Shown: positions 1 through 11,942, numbered from the stretch's first letter. The stretch is 64,000 nucleotides of DNA from Anthoceros angustus (GCA_010909165.1 VJWM01000116.1:62001-126000); one strand, 5' to 3'. Notes: generated from the sequence alone by a model not told the origin. Translations and numbers: made by a program.

Positions 1-600
1 GTCGCTGGCTCTGGCCACTTTGATGAAGCTTTCAGGTGGATCTGCTGTCTGTTTCTTGAAGCACTTAGAGCACAAGTCGTAATCGGACCTACTGCTTCCA
101 AGAGCAAATGAAGCTGTCAGAAAGAAAGTAGCACAACTTGGACAAGCCAATGGAGATCAACTACCCTTACATTTTGGACTTGTATCGATTACCAAGAATC
201 GACGTCCTAATGTTTTGACGACGGCAGTCATCGCAAATGACTCCCTCGTGGAAATAGCATTTGTAGAAACTCAGTGTAGGAGACATGACGACGGAACCTG
301 CGCATCCAGTCTTGCGAACCACCTGGTAGAAGGGATGCTCCGCGTTGCAGTGCACCTTATCGCGGCCACCACGACCTAATCACATCCATTGACGAAGTCT
401 TGAACAGCAGAAGGCGTCGTGCGAGCAAGTTGAACATCGAAAAAAGTGCAAAGAGACGCTGCCGATAGGGTCAAAGCAGGTACCCTAGTCCTTCAACGAA
501 GTCTTCCTTTCAAGAGATGTTTCCTCGAAACAGCAGAAGGCGTGCAAGCAAGTTGAGCATGGAAGGAAGTGCGGAAATTCGCTACTGACAGGATCAGAAG
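1..600 (-). CDS. ZZ-type zinc-finger protein, partial (runs off the window start; upstream part degenerate, possibly a pseudogene)
   Basis: Minus strand reads HEGVICDDCRRQNIRTSILGNRYKSK (167-355), intron, then SDYDLCSKCFKK (1-90), which fits the ZZ pattern C-x2-C...RY...YDLC-x2-CF. Two further CSTC...FCC segments lie at about 405-480 and 525-595. Confidence 0.6.
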
Positions 601-1010
601 GGCGGAAGAATTAAGTTTTAGCTCAGTGCAAACCAGAGACAGATAAATAAATACCTATAGCAGAACCTGTCTGCGCCTGAGATTCCATGGCCTTGCCAAC
701 GGCACGCATGCTGACATAACGAGCTCAAGGCTATAGTCGTGACGGCGCCCATTTCAAATCATACAAGCCTGCCAGCTTCAGAGACCCGAGAATTGCTAAG
801 CAGTGACCTGCAACATCCTCCCGAGTTCACCAATTAAGCCAGCCCTAACACTAAGACTATAGCTCTCGTTTCAGAATGAAGGGAACGCTTTCTGGTCGTT
901 CCATCAATTGATTGTGTGGGCTTTCTCATCCTACAGTCTCAGACAAGAAAACCAGGATGAGCAGACTACGAACCTGGATTGTCCTCAAGTCTCAACTCTC
1001 CTCAGTTCTG

Positions 1011-3560
1011 TTATCCTGTGAGATAAGTAGGCCTACGAGGAGATGGACGGGGAAAGGGCTTGAAATTCAGAAGAGATCCTATGCTTGATGGGGGAGGATT
1101 TTGTTGGGGGCTCCTTGCCCTCACACGCAAAGGTGCGTCCTGGCTGGGAAATTCCCATGCCGATTCCTGTTCTGCACTGGCTGCCTTACCTCCCAGTTTT
1201 GGCCGCTTTCTGATATGAGATCTCCATCTTCTTGCAAACGGAGCTACGTGTCCGAGGCTGGCTACTAGACGAGCAGCCTGCTTCTCCAACCAGCTTTGGA
1301 GCTTAACAGACTGCTGTTTGAGCCCTTCTGAGAGTATCCGCTCGCAAGCCCATCGTTGCAGATGGCTCTTGTATGTAGCTAAAGCATCTGCCCTATCCCT
1401 CTTCCTCGCACGTTTACCTGCCAGCCATCTTTCCCAAGCGCGGATAACCTTCTTCTCCAACGCCCTCTGCCAGCTCAGCATTGCATCAGCTTCGAGGTCC
1501 CGCTGAAGGAGCCTTAATCGCCTGTGCTGCCTCCAGGCTGCCAGCGACAATCTCAGCAGTCTCTCGCTGAAATGTGCATCAGCCTTTGCAATGTGTTTTC
1601 CTCGGTGCGTCCGATGCTTGAAATATCTCAGCCAAGCGTGGAACGCTGCTTTCGTCCTGGATGCTTGGAAGAGGTGGTCAGCAAGCTCTTCATTCATTCT
1701 GGCTAACTTCAGCACGTCTCGGATCCTCATCCAACCATTCCAGATTCTGGTCTTGCGCAAGTTTCTTACTTTCTTGGTAAGTTTAACAGCACGAGCCTTT
1801 CTCTCGGACTTTCCTGACGCATACTCTTCCCATGCTTGAAAAGCAGTCACAACCAGCCAATTGTCCCTCTTCTGAATTGCTCGGTCTTCGACATTGCGCA
1901 TAGCCCGGCGCAAAACACGACCAGTCCGAAGCCAAGCTCGAAGGACCTTCCGCATCTCCCGAAATCTCCAGTGATCTTCCGCTAACTTTCTGTGATCGAG
2001 CTTTAGTTTTCTGCCACTCTTCCTCGCTCTCCGCAATTCTTCAAACACCTTGCGCAGGCTGTGCTTGTTAAAGTGACGGTCAGCAAGCTTGACCTGATCT
2101 TTCGCCCTCTTCCAGGCTGACCAGAATTGTGTCCACTTTCGGAAAACGTCTTCCAACAATTCGTCGTCGTCCTCCTCCTCCTCCCCTTCTTCCTCTGCAT
2201 CTTCTTCATCTGTCTCTTCAGACTCGCTTTCTTGGCTGCGCGGTCCCCTACTCCTCAAAAATCTGGTCCATGAATTCCAAGCGGCTTTCAGTTTGTTTCG
2301 ACAGAGCTTCCTGACAACATCAGATTCTATCTTCTCTCTCTCACGCTGGGAATTCAAATATGCTACCCATTTTCTGAAGCTCCGCCTCTTCCTAGACTGC
2401 AGACACAATTCCTGGACTTTCTTGGCAATCTGCTTGTCTTTCCCATACGTACGCCAGGCTTGAACACATTCTTTCATCAGCTGATCCTTTTCCAGCTGCT
2501 TTAATCTGGTAACCAGCAATCTGTGCCGCGCTGCATACATCCACTGGTCAACAACAATTCTAGCCAGCCGCTTCCTGTGCCTCCGCAAAGCTCTTCTTGC
2601 ATCCTCAGCCGATGTGTGACTCTTGCGAGAGTCAGCTTCCTGCCGACCTGCCTTGGTTGGAGATGTGATGGTAACAGAGGACTCAACCGTAAATCCTCCG
2701 GCGGTAGCGCTAACAGGTCCGGGCAATTGTGGAGCACTTGAGTCTTCCACCGCTTCCCTAGTTCTGGATGCATCTGCATACGAGATGGTAGGCAAGCTCG
2801 TCCGTAGGGAGCAACTCAGCGTCACCATTACCGGAGGATCCATCGCTCTCAGAAGGAGTCCGACCTTTCAATGCGCAAGCATACAGTGGTTTTGAAGGCA
2901 ATGGTTTCCACTCGCAAATAGTCCTTACGAACACGCCTAAGTCGTCCCTTCTTTTGCCTTACTCACCTGAAAGATGCGCTGCCAGTTTAGAGCTAAGGCA
3001 AAGTCTCCAACTCTGGCACACCACAAGCGACGTCCTATAAATGTTCCGCACGCAGCAAGAACGGTGCTCTCAGAACCCAACAGCAACGACGCAGTTAAAT
3101 CCAACAAGCCCATCACATTAACAATCTTGCCCTGTGCTGTAAGTCCACCTACAACGAACTTGAACTACAGGTCGCCACTCTCGAGTCCAAAGGAACTGGT
3201 TGTCCAAAGGAACTGGTTCGATGTTTCGTGTGGAAGGAGCTACACTGTTTTGGAGAGTGACGGCTTCTGCAATTCTGCAAAACTTGTAACATCAGCTCCT
3301 GGAGGCTCTATTCTTGCCGTTGATGTCTTTCTCTGCTTTGCATGTTGTTGAAAGTCCCAAAAGTGTTTCAGGAACAAGCACGTTTGATGTCTTCTCTGCT
3401 TTTCGTGTTGTTGAAAGTCCCAAAGTATTTCAGGACGGTGCATTTCCGAAATGCCACGGATATGGTCCACTTTGTTATGGGGCACCTTATCTTGCCGGAC
3501 GTGTTCGAATCTTCGACGAGCTCTGCGAGCCTTCTCTGCGAACTCAGAGGTGGAGGGAGA
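1011..3560 (-). CDS. SFI1: SFI1-like centrin-binding repeat protein (large terminal exon 1011-~2860; probable upstream exons to ~3560)
   Basis: 610-aa ORF with many repeats matching the Sfi1 consensus A-x7-LL-x3-F/W-x2-W, e.g. ADAHFSERLLRLSLAAW, ADHLFQASRTKAAFHAW, AEDHWRFREMRKVLRAW. The 5' exon structure is uncertain. Confidence 0.7.
3320..3436. repeat. Two-copy ~63 bp tandem repeat inside a probable SFI1 upstream exon
   Basis: tgatgtcttt ctctgctttg catgttgttg aaagtcccaa aagtgtttcagga recurs with few mismatches; the minus strand encodes WDFQQHxKQR twice. Confidence 0.8.
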
Positions 3561-3847
3561 ACTGTAGGCTAAATTGTCTCCCTACTTAACAAATTAACAG
3601 AGTACATGTAATTTGGTGCAATTTACAGGTAACAACTTAACAATGATAGTCCTCCCGGAGCGCCATCGCAAGGAGTGACATCTATTCCTCAGTTCCCAAC
3701 CAAAAGGTACACAGTATATGCAATGAAATCACGTTGACCTATGGTTGTCTGAACTGCCAAAATCCCTCACCATCCCACCATCTGGGCTGCCCACGGACCA
3801 GGGCACAAGAAACTCATGGGTTGAAGTCCACAAACTTCCATGGGCTG

Positions 3848-6561
3848 CTAAGTGAACGTTCCTATCTGGACACCAGCTTTAGTGATTATCTTGGTCGTCT
3901 CCAGAATGACTTCTTGCTTAACCAATAGAAACTCGTTTTTTTTCTGCATTCACTTGCGAGTCAGATAGGACCTCGAGACTTCCTCGCGAGTTAAGACATG
4001 AAAGCAGCATGAGGACAGTCCAGCGTTATTGAAATATTTACCATGGGCTTCACATTGCAGCTGACTGTAAGTTCAAAAACAGATCCCAGAACAGTAGAGA
4101 TAAAGCACCGCGGCTCTTCTTCATCTAGATAGACTTTCGGGTGATTCCGCAAGAAGGTTTTGATCTCTTCCGTCACCATCGGAATCTTTTCAAAGTCTTG
4201 CAATACCACAGGGAATTTTGCTGAAAGCCCTCGCCACTGAACACGTGAACTGTTCACGATCACCTGAAACCTTGAAGAAGTCAGACCTACTCGTGAACAA
4301 CCTGAAACGTTGAAGAAGTCAGACCCACTGAAACTAGATAATGAACAGACTATTATAGCTGTCCAGAACATAACTCACCTGACTGGAGAAAAATGAGTTG
4401 GGAACAATCATGAGAGACTTGTCAGCCGTTAGCAACTGTGTTGAATGCATACCCATCTCTAAAACTTTACCCTCAACCGAACCAGCCTGCAGTATTAAAC
4501 AGTTGTCTTTCAAAACCTCATGATCAACTCCACATCCACTACACATTGCATGCGAGTAGCACAATAAACTGAGCGAGAATAGCGGCGGAAAATTTTGTAC
4601 CGAAACACACCTTGATGGTGTCACCCACTGAAAATGGTTTTCCAAATTGTAACGCAGAACCACTGAGCATATTACCTAACAGATCCTTGGCTGCAAAAGC
4701 TGTTGCCACACCTGTAGATGATCAAGCATGCCAACCGAGTTAGAATTGTTCTTTGCACCTCTAAACCTTGGTACCCATAACCACACACAACTCAAATCAG
4801 CAAGTCAACCGCTATCTCAAATTGTGTGACAAGCAATGAGTTAAAGTACCTCCAATCCCTCCAACAGTTAGAACAGACTGCACAGCTACACCACAAGCTT
4901 CTGCCAGTGCCATTCCGGCCAACAGAAAAAGAGCCACACTTGAGAGGCTATCTAAAGTTTCATATCGCTCCTTCTCCACCTTTGAGAGGAATTCATTTGC
5001 AAGGTAACGCTTTAGGGCATTGCGTTTCCAGTTATGCAGGAACCAAACTGCTGTTACCACAAACCCTCCCCTCCAGATTTGAGACAGATGCTCAGCAGCA
5101 ATTGACGTTGGAGCCACCACTGCAGCCCTAGATAAGACAAGTCCAGAGATGCACTGTTACCGAAAGTCCAAGCAAGGTGAAGAGAAATAACAGCTTCAGA
5201 TAGGATAAAAGCTATATCACAACATACAGAGCTGGTACTACACTTACAGAGAAGAGAGGGTAACAATGGTCAAATACATCCGGGCTGGGCTCTCAAGAGC
5301 CCCAAAAACGCTGAGAACATAAGGAACCTGACTAGCTGAGCGTCCGAGCAGCCTAGCAGGTCCTTGTTTGTTCTTTTCAGTGTATGTGTGAATGCCACGA
5401 AGCACCGAGGGCAAAAATACCCACGCAGAGAACAACAAAACGATTGACCCTCCTGCCAAGATATTTCACACAGTCAATGACATCAGTTTACCTCCACCTG
5501 GATCTGCCCGGAGAATCGACAAACCTGCACAACATCGACAGACCCCTATCAAGAAGACAAAGTCCACCGAGGGTGTAAAATGCCAGAAGCAGCACCAATT
5601 TCAATCCTCCTAACTGTTTACCTTTCATAAACAGTTAAGATCCGATACAGAAAATATTTCTGCACGGATTCGCAACGCGCTCAAAGCACGAACTGCATAA
5701 GCAGCACCCTGAGCGAGATTTAGTACATCCTAACCCACACACTTCCCCACGCACAACACATTTCTCACTCACGCCAGGAGAAGCAGTGCACGAATCTGAC
5801 TCAAAGTATACCTGCTGGAATTATATTATCAACGAGATAAGGAGACGACTGCAACCAGTCCGAGATCGCAGGGCCCAGCGTGTCCGCGGCCTCTTTGGAC
5901 AAACTCCATACCTGAGCTCCAACCCCTGCCACCGTCTCTCTAGCAGTCTCCATTCCCTCCTTCAAAGTCTCAACCACACCCGTCATGTCCGTCCCACTTC
6001 CCCCACCGGAAGCCACTGGATCCGCCTCCGAACCCTGCTCAGAATCGCCTGCCTTAGCCGCAAAACCCTGAGCAATCAATACACTCCTCCCAGAATTGAA
6101 GCCAAGCTCCCGCGACACAGGCCGGCCGGATCCAAGCACCCCGAGCCGCACCAACCTCCCGCTCTCCCAGTCTCGAACCCCAAGCTGCCCCGACCCCCTG
6201 CTCCTGCTCCTGCTCCCGCCATCTCCTCCGACTTTTCTTTCTTCCTCCTCCTCTGCGTAGCATCCCGGGACCCGGGCTGGGCCCCGCTCAGAGTGCCCAT
6301 CCCCCCTGAAATGGTGTTGCAACCTGGAAGCAGCAGCAGCACTGGCAGCGGCCCAACGATCCTGGCCAGCATGAGAAAGAGTGGAATCCAGATGTCGCAG
6401 CACGCGACGAAGCATGTGGCGTGCTAGCAGTGGAGAAGGATTCGCCATATCGGGGCCTCTCCGTCCATGCCAGCCGCGATCGCTCGATCCGCCTGCAAGT
6501 CGAGCCTCCAAGCGCATCCGACCCTGCTGAAGGCAGGCCGGACCCACCCTATACGGTACAT
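3848..6561 (-). CDS. MSL1: Mechanosensitive channel of small conductance-like protein, MSL1 type (multi-exon)
   Basis: Exons encode AEACGVAVQSVLTVGGIGG|VATAFAAKD, AGSVEGKVLEMGMHSTQLLTADKSLMIVPNSFFSSQ|VIVNSSRVQWR and ...KQEVILETTKIITKAGVQIGTFT* (stop 3848). The N-terminus resembles an organellar transit peptide. The start is approximate because exon 1 has a frameshift-like indel. Confidence 0.85.
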
Positions 6562-6725
6562 CGTGGCAGATCGTATACGGGAAGCGGGTACCTGGGTATG
6601 CCGGAAGCCGGGAACCGGTACCACCCTCTCTCTACAAGCATAGAACCCCGTACGTCCAAATGGCTTAGGCCAAATGGACTCACATTTATAAGAAGGCCGT
6701 GATTAAGCATCCTGAGCTTAGATCG

Positions 6726-6813
6726 ATACTTAGATGGGGTGTTTAAAGGGAGTGGATGCCTTTGGTGTAATACTTAGATGGGGTGCTTAAAGGGAGTGGA
6801 TGCCCTTGGTGTA
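6726..6813. repeat. 44-bp tandem duplication
   Basis: atacttagatggggtgYttaaagggagtggatgccYttggtgta occurs twice. Confidence 0.9.
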
Positions 6814-6860
6814 AGTAGCTTAGGCACACCATAGTACAAGTTGTTAAGTACCAAGTCGCA

Positions 6861-6914
6861 TGACGGAAATCCGTCCTTAGTGGACTGAAATAAAATTCTT
6901 CTTCTTCTTCTTCT
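6861..6914 (+). mobile_element. ~50-bp interspersed element (stem-loop plus (TTC)n tail), probable SINE/LINE 3' end
   Basis: TGACGGAAATCCGTCCTTAGTGGACT...AATTCTTCTTCTT also occurs at 34036 and 50355 in an unrelated context. Confidence 0.5.
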
Positions 6915-7039
6915 CCTTTCGAGTCATTAATATTCGGTCTATCCGTAGCCTCCAATTCCAAGCTCCGCAACCTCCATGTTTATGGTCCAGTTTGGGTGGT
7001 ACGTTTTCCCGCTTTTCCTTTGCATTTAGTTTACGACTT

Positions 7040-7480
7040 CAAACATTGCTCTCAGTTTTACGTTGTTGATTATCATAATTGCTTTATCAACTACCATATG
7101 TTAATAAGGTTATAGTTCAATGTTCGTCTATTTATGATAGTTTCTTTTAATCATAGTTTCTCTTTCATACTATAGTTTAGTATTATTGATTTTTGATGGT
7201 AGTCTAACATTGTCATGCGTAGTTCTGATCATGTTGCGTATTGTTATCATAGTTGCTTAGTTCATTACCATAGTTTAATGGCCATCTAACATTTGTATGG
7301 TGTTTCTTATCATAGTCTCCTTTTTACTACCATGGTTTGGTTTTCTTGCTGTTTAACAGAGTTCCAACATTGTAATGGGTGTTTCTTCAATTTTTTTCTA
7401 TTCAATACCATAATTTAGTTATGTTGCTTTAACCATTCAAGGATATTATTTTTATAATTGCTTAGTTCTTTACCATGCGA
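7040..7480. repeat. Degenerate AT-rich tandem repeat, period ~160-164 bp, about 3 units
   Basis: aacattg anchors at 7042, 7206 and 7366. The segments ttatcata(a/g)ttgctt...taccat and gtttctt..atcatagt..c...ta(c/t)..tagtt recur in register. Confidence 0.55.
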
Positions 7481-7512
7481 TGGTATTAGCTACAAGTATG
7501 GCCTCTTTTTTT

Positions 7513-7838
7513 AGGAAGGAGTTGACTGTTGTGATTCATTGTCTAAAGGTAGTTATGGAGACACTATCTCTTGGGAAGATCTTCTATGCTTTATATTGAT
7601 AATATCAGCACAACATACTTCTCCAATCATTGTCTAAAGGTAGTTATGGAGACACTATCTCTTGGGAAGATATTCTATGCTTTATATTGATAATATCAGC
7701 ACAACATACTTCTCCAATCAGTTGAAGGTGAATTCAAGACAAACTAGACAAACTAGATGACACGATTTCCTAGCTATGTATGATATGACTTAAAAGTAAA
7801 TTGGGAAAAGAGAATAAAGTTGCAAATGCTCTGAGTCT
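7513..7838 (+). mobile_element. Degenerate Ty3/gypsy LTR-retrotransposon RNase H fragment with an internal 91-bp tandem duplication
   Basis: Translates, with stops and frameshifts, as KELTVVIHCLKV/WRHYLLGRSSMLYIDNISTTYFSNQLKVNSRQTR*HDFLAMYDMT.../LGKENKVANALS. This matches the gypsy RNase H pattern EKE..A.VH.L..WRHYL.G...TD...RQARW...L..YD...K.GKEN.VADALS. 7536-7626 repeats at 7627-7717 with 1 mismatch. Confidence 0.85.
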
Positions 7839-7986
7839 TCCTTAAATAGGGAGGCTTACATCTTTCCCCAAGTAACTACCTAAAATAGACTACCTTTCTT
7901 AAACTCAAAGCTAAACTTCATTACCACTAATCACATAACTTACTGGATGCCTCTCATGTGTAGCTTCTTACTATTATATAAAATAT

Positions 7987-7987
<1 letters not shown>

Positions 7988-8026
<39 letters not shown>
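7988..8026. repeat. (AAT)n microsatellite
   Basis: About 13 consecutive AAT units. Confidence 0.95.
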
Positions 8027-8027
<1 letters not shown>

Positions 8028-8219
8028 ATAAAATATAAAATATTTTATGTATCAAACTTATTCACCAATGATGGAGACCACCACCATGACCGTGGAGAAC
8101 GCTTTGACAGCATGAGCCGGTGTACTAGTGAGAAGGTACACCGGAGGACCCGGTAGGCATCCGCCACGCCGTACCGTATAATGTGGGTCCGGCCCACCTC
8201 TGGCAGAGGCGCGTGGCGG

Positions 8220-10091
8220 ATGGAGATTGGGGTCCCCTGCACACGGTGGAAGACGCGGCAGCCAAGTGCCAGGCGTCCACTTGGCATTATCTGTTTCGCC
8301 GCCAGCGGGAACCGGCCGGTTTCGCCACCCAGCAAACCCCTAGCCCGCTCGGGGCACATTCGAAGTTTGAACGCTTGGGTCTTGGCCTCGGCGTCTCCGT
8401 CTTTGGAGCATTTCCTTGCACTGCATTGCGCGGTGCAGATCATGGCTATGGCGATGTTGGGCGGTTCGATGGCAGCTCCTGTTCCTCACGGCTTCATGGG
8501 CGGAGAGGGAATGGTGGGGTCCGGGTGCGAGCAGAGTGGCCGGGAAGCACGCGAGCTGGCAGTTCCCGTGGCCCGACGGCTTCATGGTCGCGCGGGGCGG
8601 AGCAGCGGGGTTCTGGTGACCCCGTTGGTCGTGGAGCATCTGAGGAGCTGCAGAAAGGGAGGCGATGGCGGCTGCTGCCGCCCGGTTCTCCTGGACGCGG
8701 GGTGCTGGAGGCGGCGGGGACGGGGATGGCGGGAGCGGCGGCGGGGCGGCGGCGGGGTGGCGAGGAGGGGCTGGTGGGAAGCGTGATGGGTCCGGGCCTT
8801 CTTTCGGTGCAGTTCTGTGGAGCAGGTGCAGGTCTAGCTTTAAGGCGCGGGGTTTGGGGTTCTGGGGAGCTAGCTGCATTGCGTGGTTTGTAGTGTGCGG
8901 GGAAGTTTTGTGTAGGTGGGCTGTATTATGATGCCCGCTGCGCTGCTCCTTGTGTGCAGGTATCTCCAGTCTCTGGACAGGAATCCCGTGGTGGTGAAGG
9001 GCCTGACAAACGGTTTGATGAATGCGTTTGCCGACTTGATATGTCAGGTACAGTTTTTGAGGATTCTGGTGTGGGATGGCTGGTGGGCCTACTTATGCTT
9101 GGATTGATTGAGGCAGAGATGGAAACCATGTGTGTCGGTGGCTTGTTCTGGCTTGCTGCTTGTTTGAATGTAAGAGTTGTTTTTGTACAGTTCGGGATTG
9201 AGAATGCGGAGAAGGTTGACATTCAACGACTACTTTCCTTCATTGCGATTGGGTTGTTCATAAGTGGACCAGGCATGCACTACTGGTAGGCAGTTTGTTG
9301 CTGTGTGGTTGAACTAAGAGATCGGAAGTTTTTCCTACAGCTCAATTTTTAACGAATTCTTGTCTACAGGTACGGGCTTCTGCCGAGGATGATCCCGGCA
9401 CCTGGACTGAAGGGGTTGGCTCTACGCATTGCCGCTGATCAAGTATACATCAGCAGCTCTCGTGCTGTGTGCTGGCCAACTTTGTTGTTATGTCATTTAG
9501 TATTTCCGGAATACTGAATGGATAGCAACTACTGTTTGGGGGCCGCCTCCTTACATGCTTGCTAACGTGCAGCTAGTGTTCACCCCCATCGGGATGCTCA
9601 ACTTCTTTATCGTACTTCTAACGCTCGAAGGCCGACAGCACCAAATCTCTGCAAAACTGGAGAAGGTAGTTCCTTACTCTTCCTGTTTTCTCCTATTTGG
9701 CCATTACTGCACATGGCTGCGCAGAAATGGACGTGGCAGCAGCGAAGTCTAATGGTGCTCCGGTTGAGTGGCAGGATTGGCTGCCAACAGTTATCGCCAA
9801 CTGGAAGGTCTGGATACCATTTCAGATAGTCAACTTCGGGCTTGTACCTCCACAGTTGCAGGTACTTAGGCTGAGCCTTAGCAAACTCTCAACTCCGCGA
9901 GGATGTGTGTTCCTTTTGTACTTCATCTTCTCTCTTGCTCGTGCAATGTGTGAATAGGGGGGTGTCAATACCAACGGAATATGGGTTTCGTTGTTTCATG
10001 CATTTCAGTTTGTTGCCTTTGGCAGGTTGCTGCTGCAGGACTTCTGGGCATGGTTTGGACAATCTTTATATCCTTCAAAGGTCACTCGTGA
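8220..10091 (+). CDS. Mpv17/PMP22 family membrane protein with a long N-terminal extension (multi-exon)
   Basis: Exons read YLQSLDRNPVVVKGLTNGLMNAFADLICQ|...SGPGMHYW|YGLLPRMIP...IAADQ|LVFTPIG...|DWLPTVIANWKVWIPFQIVNFGLVPPQLQ|VAAAGLLGMVWTIFISFKGHS*. A Gly-rich linker precedes the domain. Exon 1 carries indels. Confidence 0.9.
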
Positions 10092-10109
10092 CTCCACACT
10101 CCGGTGTAC

Positions 10110-11942
10110 AGTAAGGTGCAACAGAAGACCACTGCGGCTCTTTGAAGTCAAATGATAAGCCATGAAAATGTGGGGGATCATCCTGTTCTTCCCTTCGTCC
10201 GCAAACTCTTCTGTTCTAGCGCAGAAGAAGTTTGCTCTGCAATAATTCCATCCGTTAATGCTTGCGGTTAGTATTCTGGATTTTAGTACAGGTTAGTGTT
10301 GCTATTTGATCTGCCACACGCTGTGTTTAGCCTCTCATCTGCTTCTTTTCTACAGGCTTGTTGGACACGTTTGTGGGCCTCAGCTCGGAAAGGCATGAGC
10401 CACATTGAAGTGTTTAGGCGGGAGAATGTGAGGCCCGCTGGCTTCGATCTTGTGGAACATGTTCATGGTCCCAATGGACTGTGCTCGGTCGGTCTCCACG
10501 ATCCTGCCTGTTCAGATTTGTCAGCTGTAGAGCTTAACATTTATTTAGTTTCCGAAGCGTGACCGTTTAGGGTAGAAGGTGCACAAGTTGAGCCTAGTAT
10601 GCCGATGGAGAATCGGACCCATGAATTGGATGCTCGCCATCGGTTGTGTAAGTGCGGACTTGGTGCAGGTTTGCACTGCGAGTGGCACGTGGAGCGCCGT
10701 AACTGCCAAGAGCATGAGGAAGCAAATGGCCCAATGGAAGATTTGGATTTCCACCGGATACCGCTGAACTTACACAAAGAGAGCGTATGTGACGAAGGGA
10801 AGGAGGAAGCTTTTGCTCGGAACTCGTACTTAAGAGTACAGGAAAATAGATGGCTTGTACAAGAGTTAGCACGTACAGTTAACTCGGGATACAGCTAGGT
10901 GTCTACACCTTATGCAGTCCAATCAAGTGCTCTCTTCACTGGCCGCCGGTTGTGTTTGCAATCGAGCATTTCTTTCGTCAGACAGTGCACCAGCGAATCT
11001 ACAACAGGAGGAAAGCATTCTCGAGTAAGGTGCAACAGAAGACCACTGCGGCTCTTTGAAGTCAAATGATAAGCCATGAAAATGTGGGGATCATCCTGTT
11101 CTTCCTTCGTCCGCAAACTCTTCTGTTCTAGCGCAGAAGAAGTTTGCTGCAATAATTCCATCCGTTAATGCTTGCGGTTAGTATTCTGGATTTTAGTACA
11201 GGTTAGTGTTGCTATTTGATCTGCCACACGCTGTGTTTAGCCTCTCATCTGCTTCTTTTCTACAGGCTTGTTGGACACGTTTGTGGGCCTCAGCTCGGAA
11301 AGGCATGAGCCACATTGAAGTGTTTAGGCGGGAGAATGTGAGGCCCGCTGGCTTCGATCTTGTGGAACATGTTCATGGTCCCAATGGACTGTGCTCGGTC
11401 GGTCTCCACGATCCTGCCTGTTCAGATTTGTCAGCTGTAGAGCTTAACATTTATTTAGTTTCCGAAGCGTGACCGTTTAGGGTAGAAGGTGCACAAGTTG
11501 AGCCTAGTATGCCGATGGAGAATCGGACCCATGAATTGGATGCTCGCCATCGGTTGTGTAAGTGCGGACTTGGTGCAGGTTTGCACTGCGAGTGGCACGT
11601 GGAGCGCCGTGCCAAGAGCATGAGGAAGCAAATGGCCCAATGGAAGATTTGGATTTCCACCGGATACCGCTGAACTTACACAAAGAGAGCGTATGTGACG
11701 AAGGGAAGGAGGAAGCTTTTGCTCGGAACTCGTACTTAAGAGTACAGGAAAATAGATGGCTTGTACAAGAGTTAGCACGTACAGTTAACTCGGGATACAG
11801 CTAGGTGTCTACACCTTATGCAGTCCAATCAAGTGCTCTCTTCACTGGCCGCCGGTTGTGTTTGCAATCGAGCATTTCTTTCGTCAGACAGTGCACCAGC
11901 GAATCTACAACAGGAGGAAAGCATTCTCGAGTAAGGGTGCAA
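10110..11942. repeat. ~910-bp near-perfect tandem duplication (10110-11023 and 11024-11929) that includes the last patatin exon and its 3' flank
   Basis: Copies differ only by short indels. The unit is bounded by the microhomology AGTAAGG(G)TGCAA at 10110, 11024 and 11930. Confidence 0.95.

Noticed and set aside
5786-6427. Long antisense ORFs over GC-rich first exons (also 8340-8879 and 27997-28578)
   Set aside because: These are shadow ORFs expected from high GC content, with no recognisable domain.
6861-6900. Hammerhead ribozyme (GTCC...GGAC-GAAA) or CACTA terminus (CACTAAGG on the minus strand)
   Set aside because: The CUGAnGA core and stems I/III are missing, GAAA is not conserved in the 34036 copy, and no partner CACTA inverted repeat was found.
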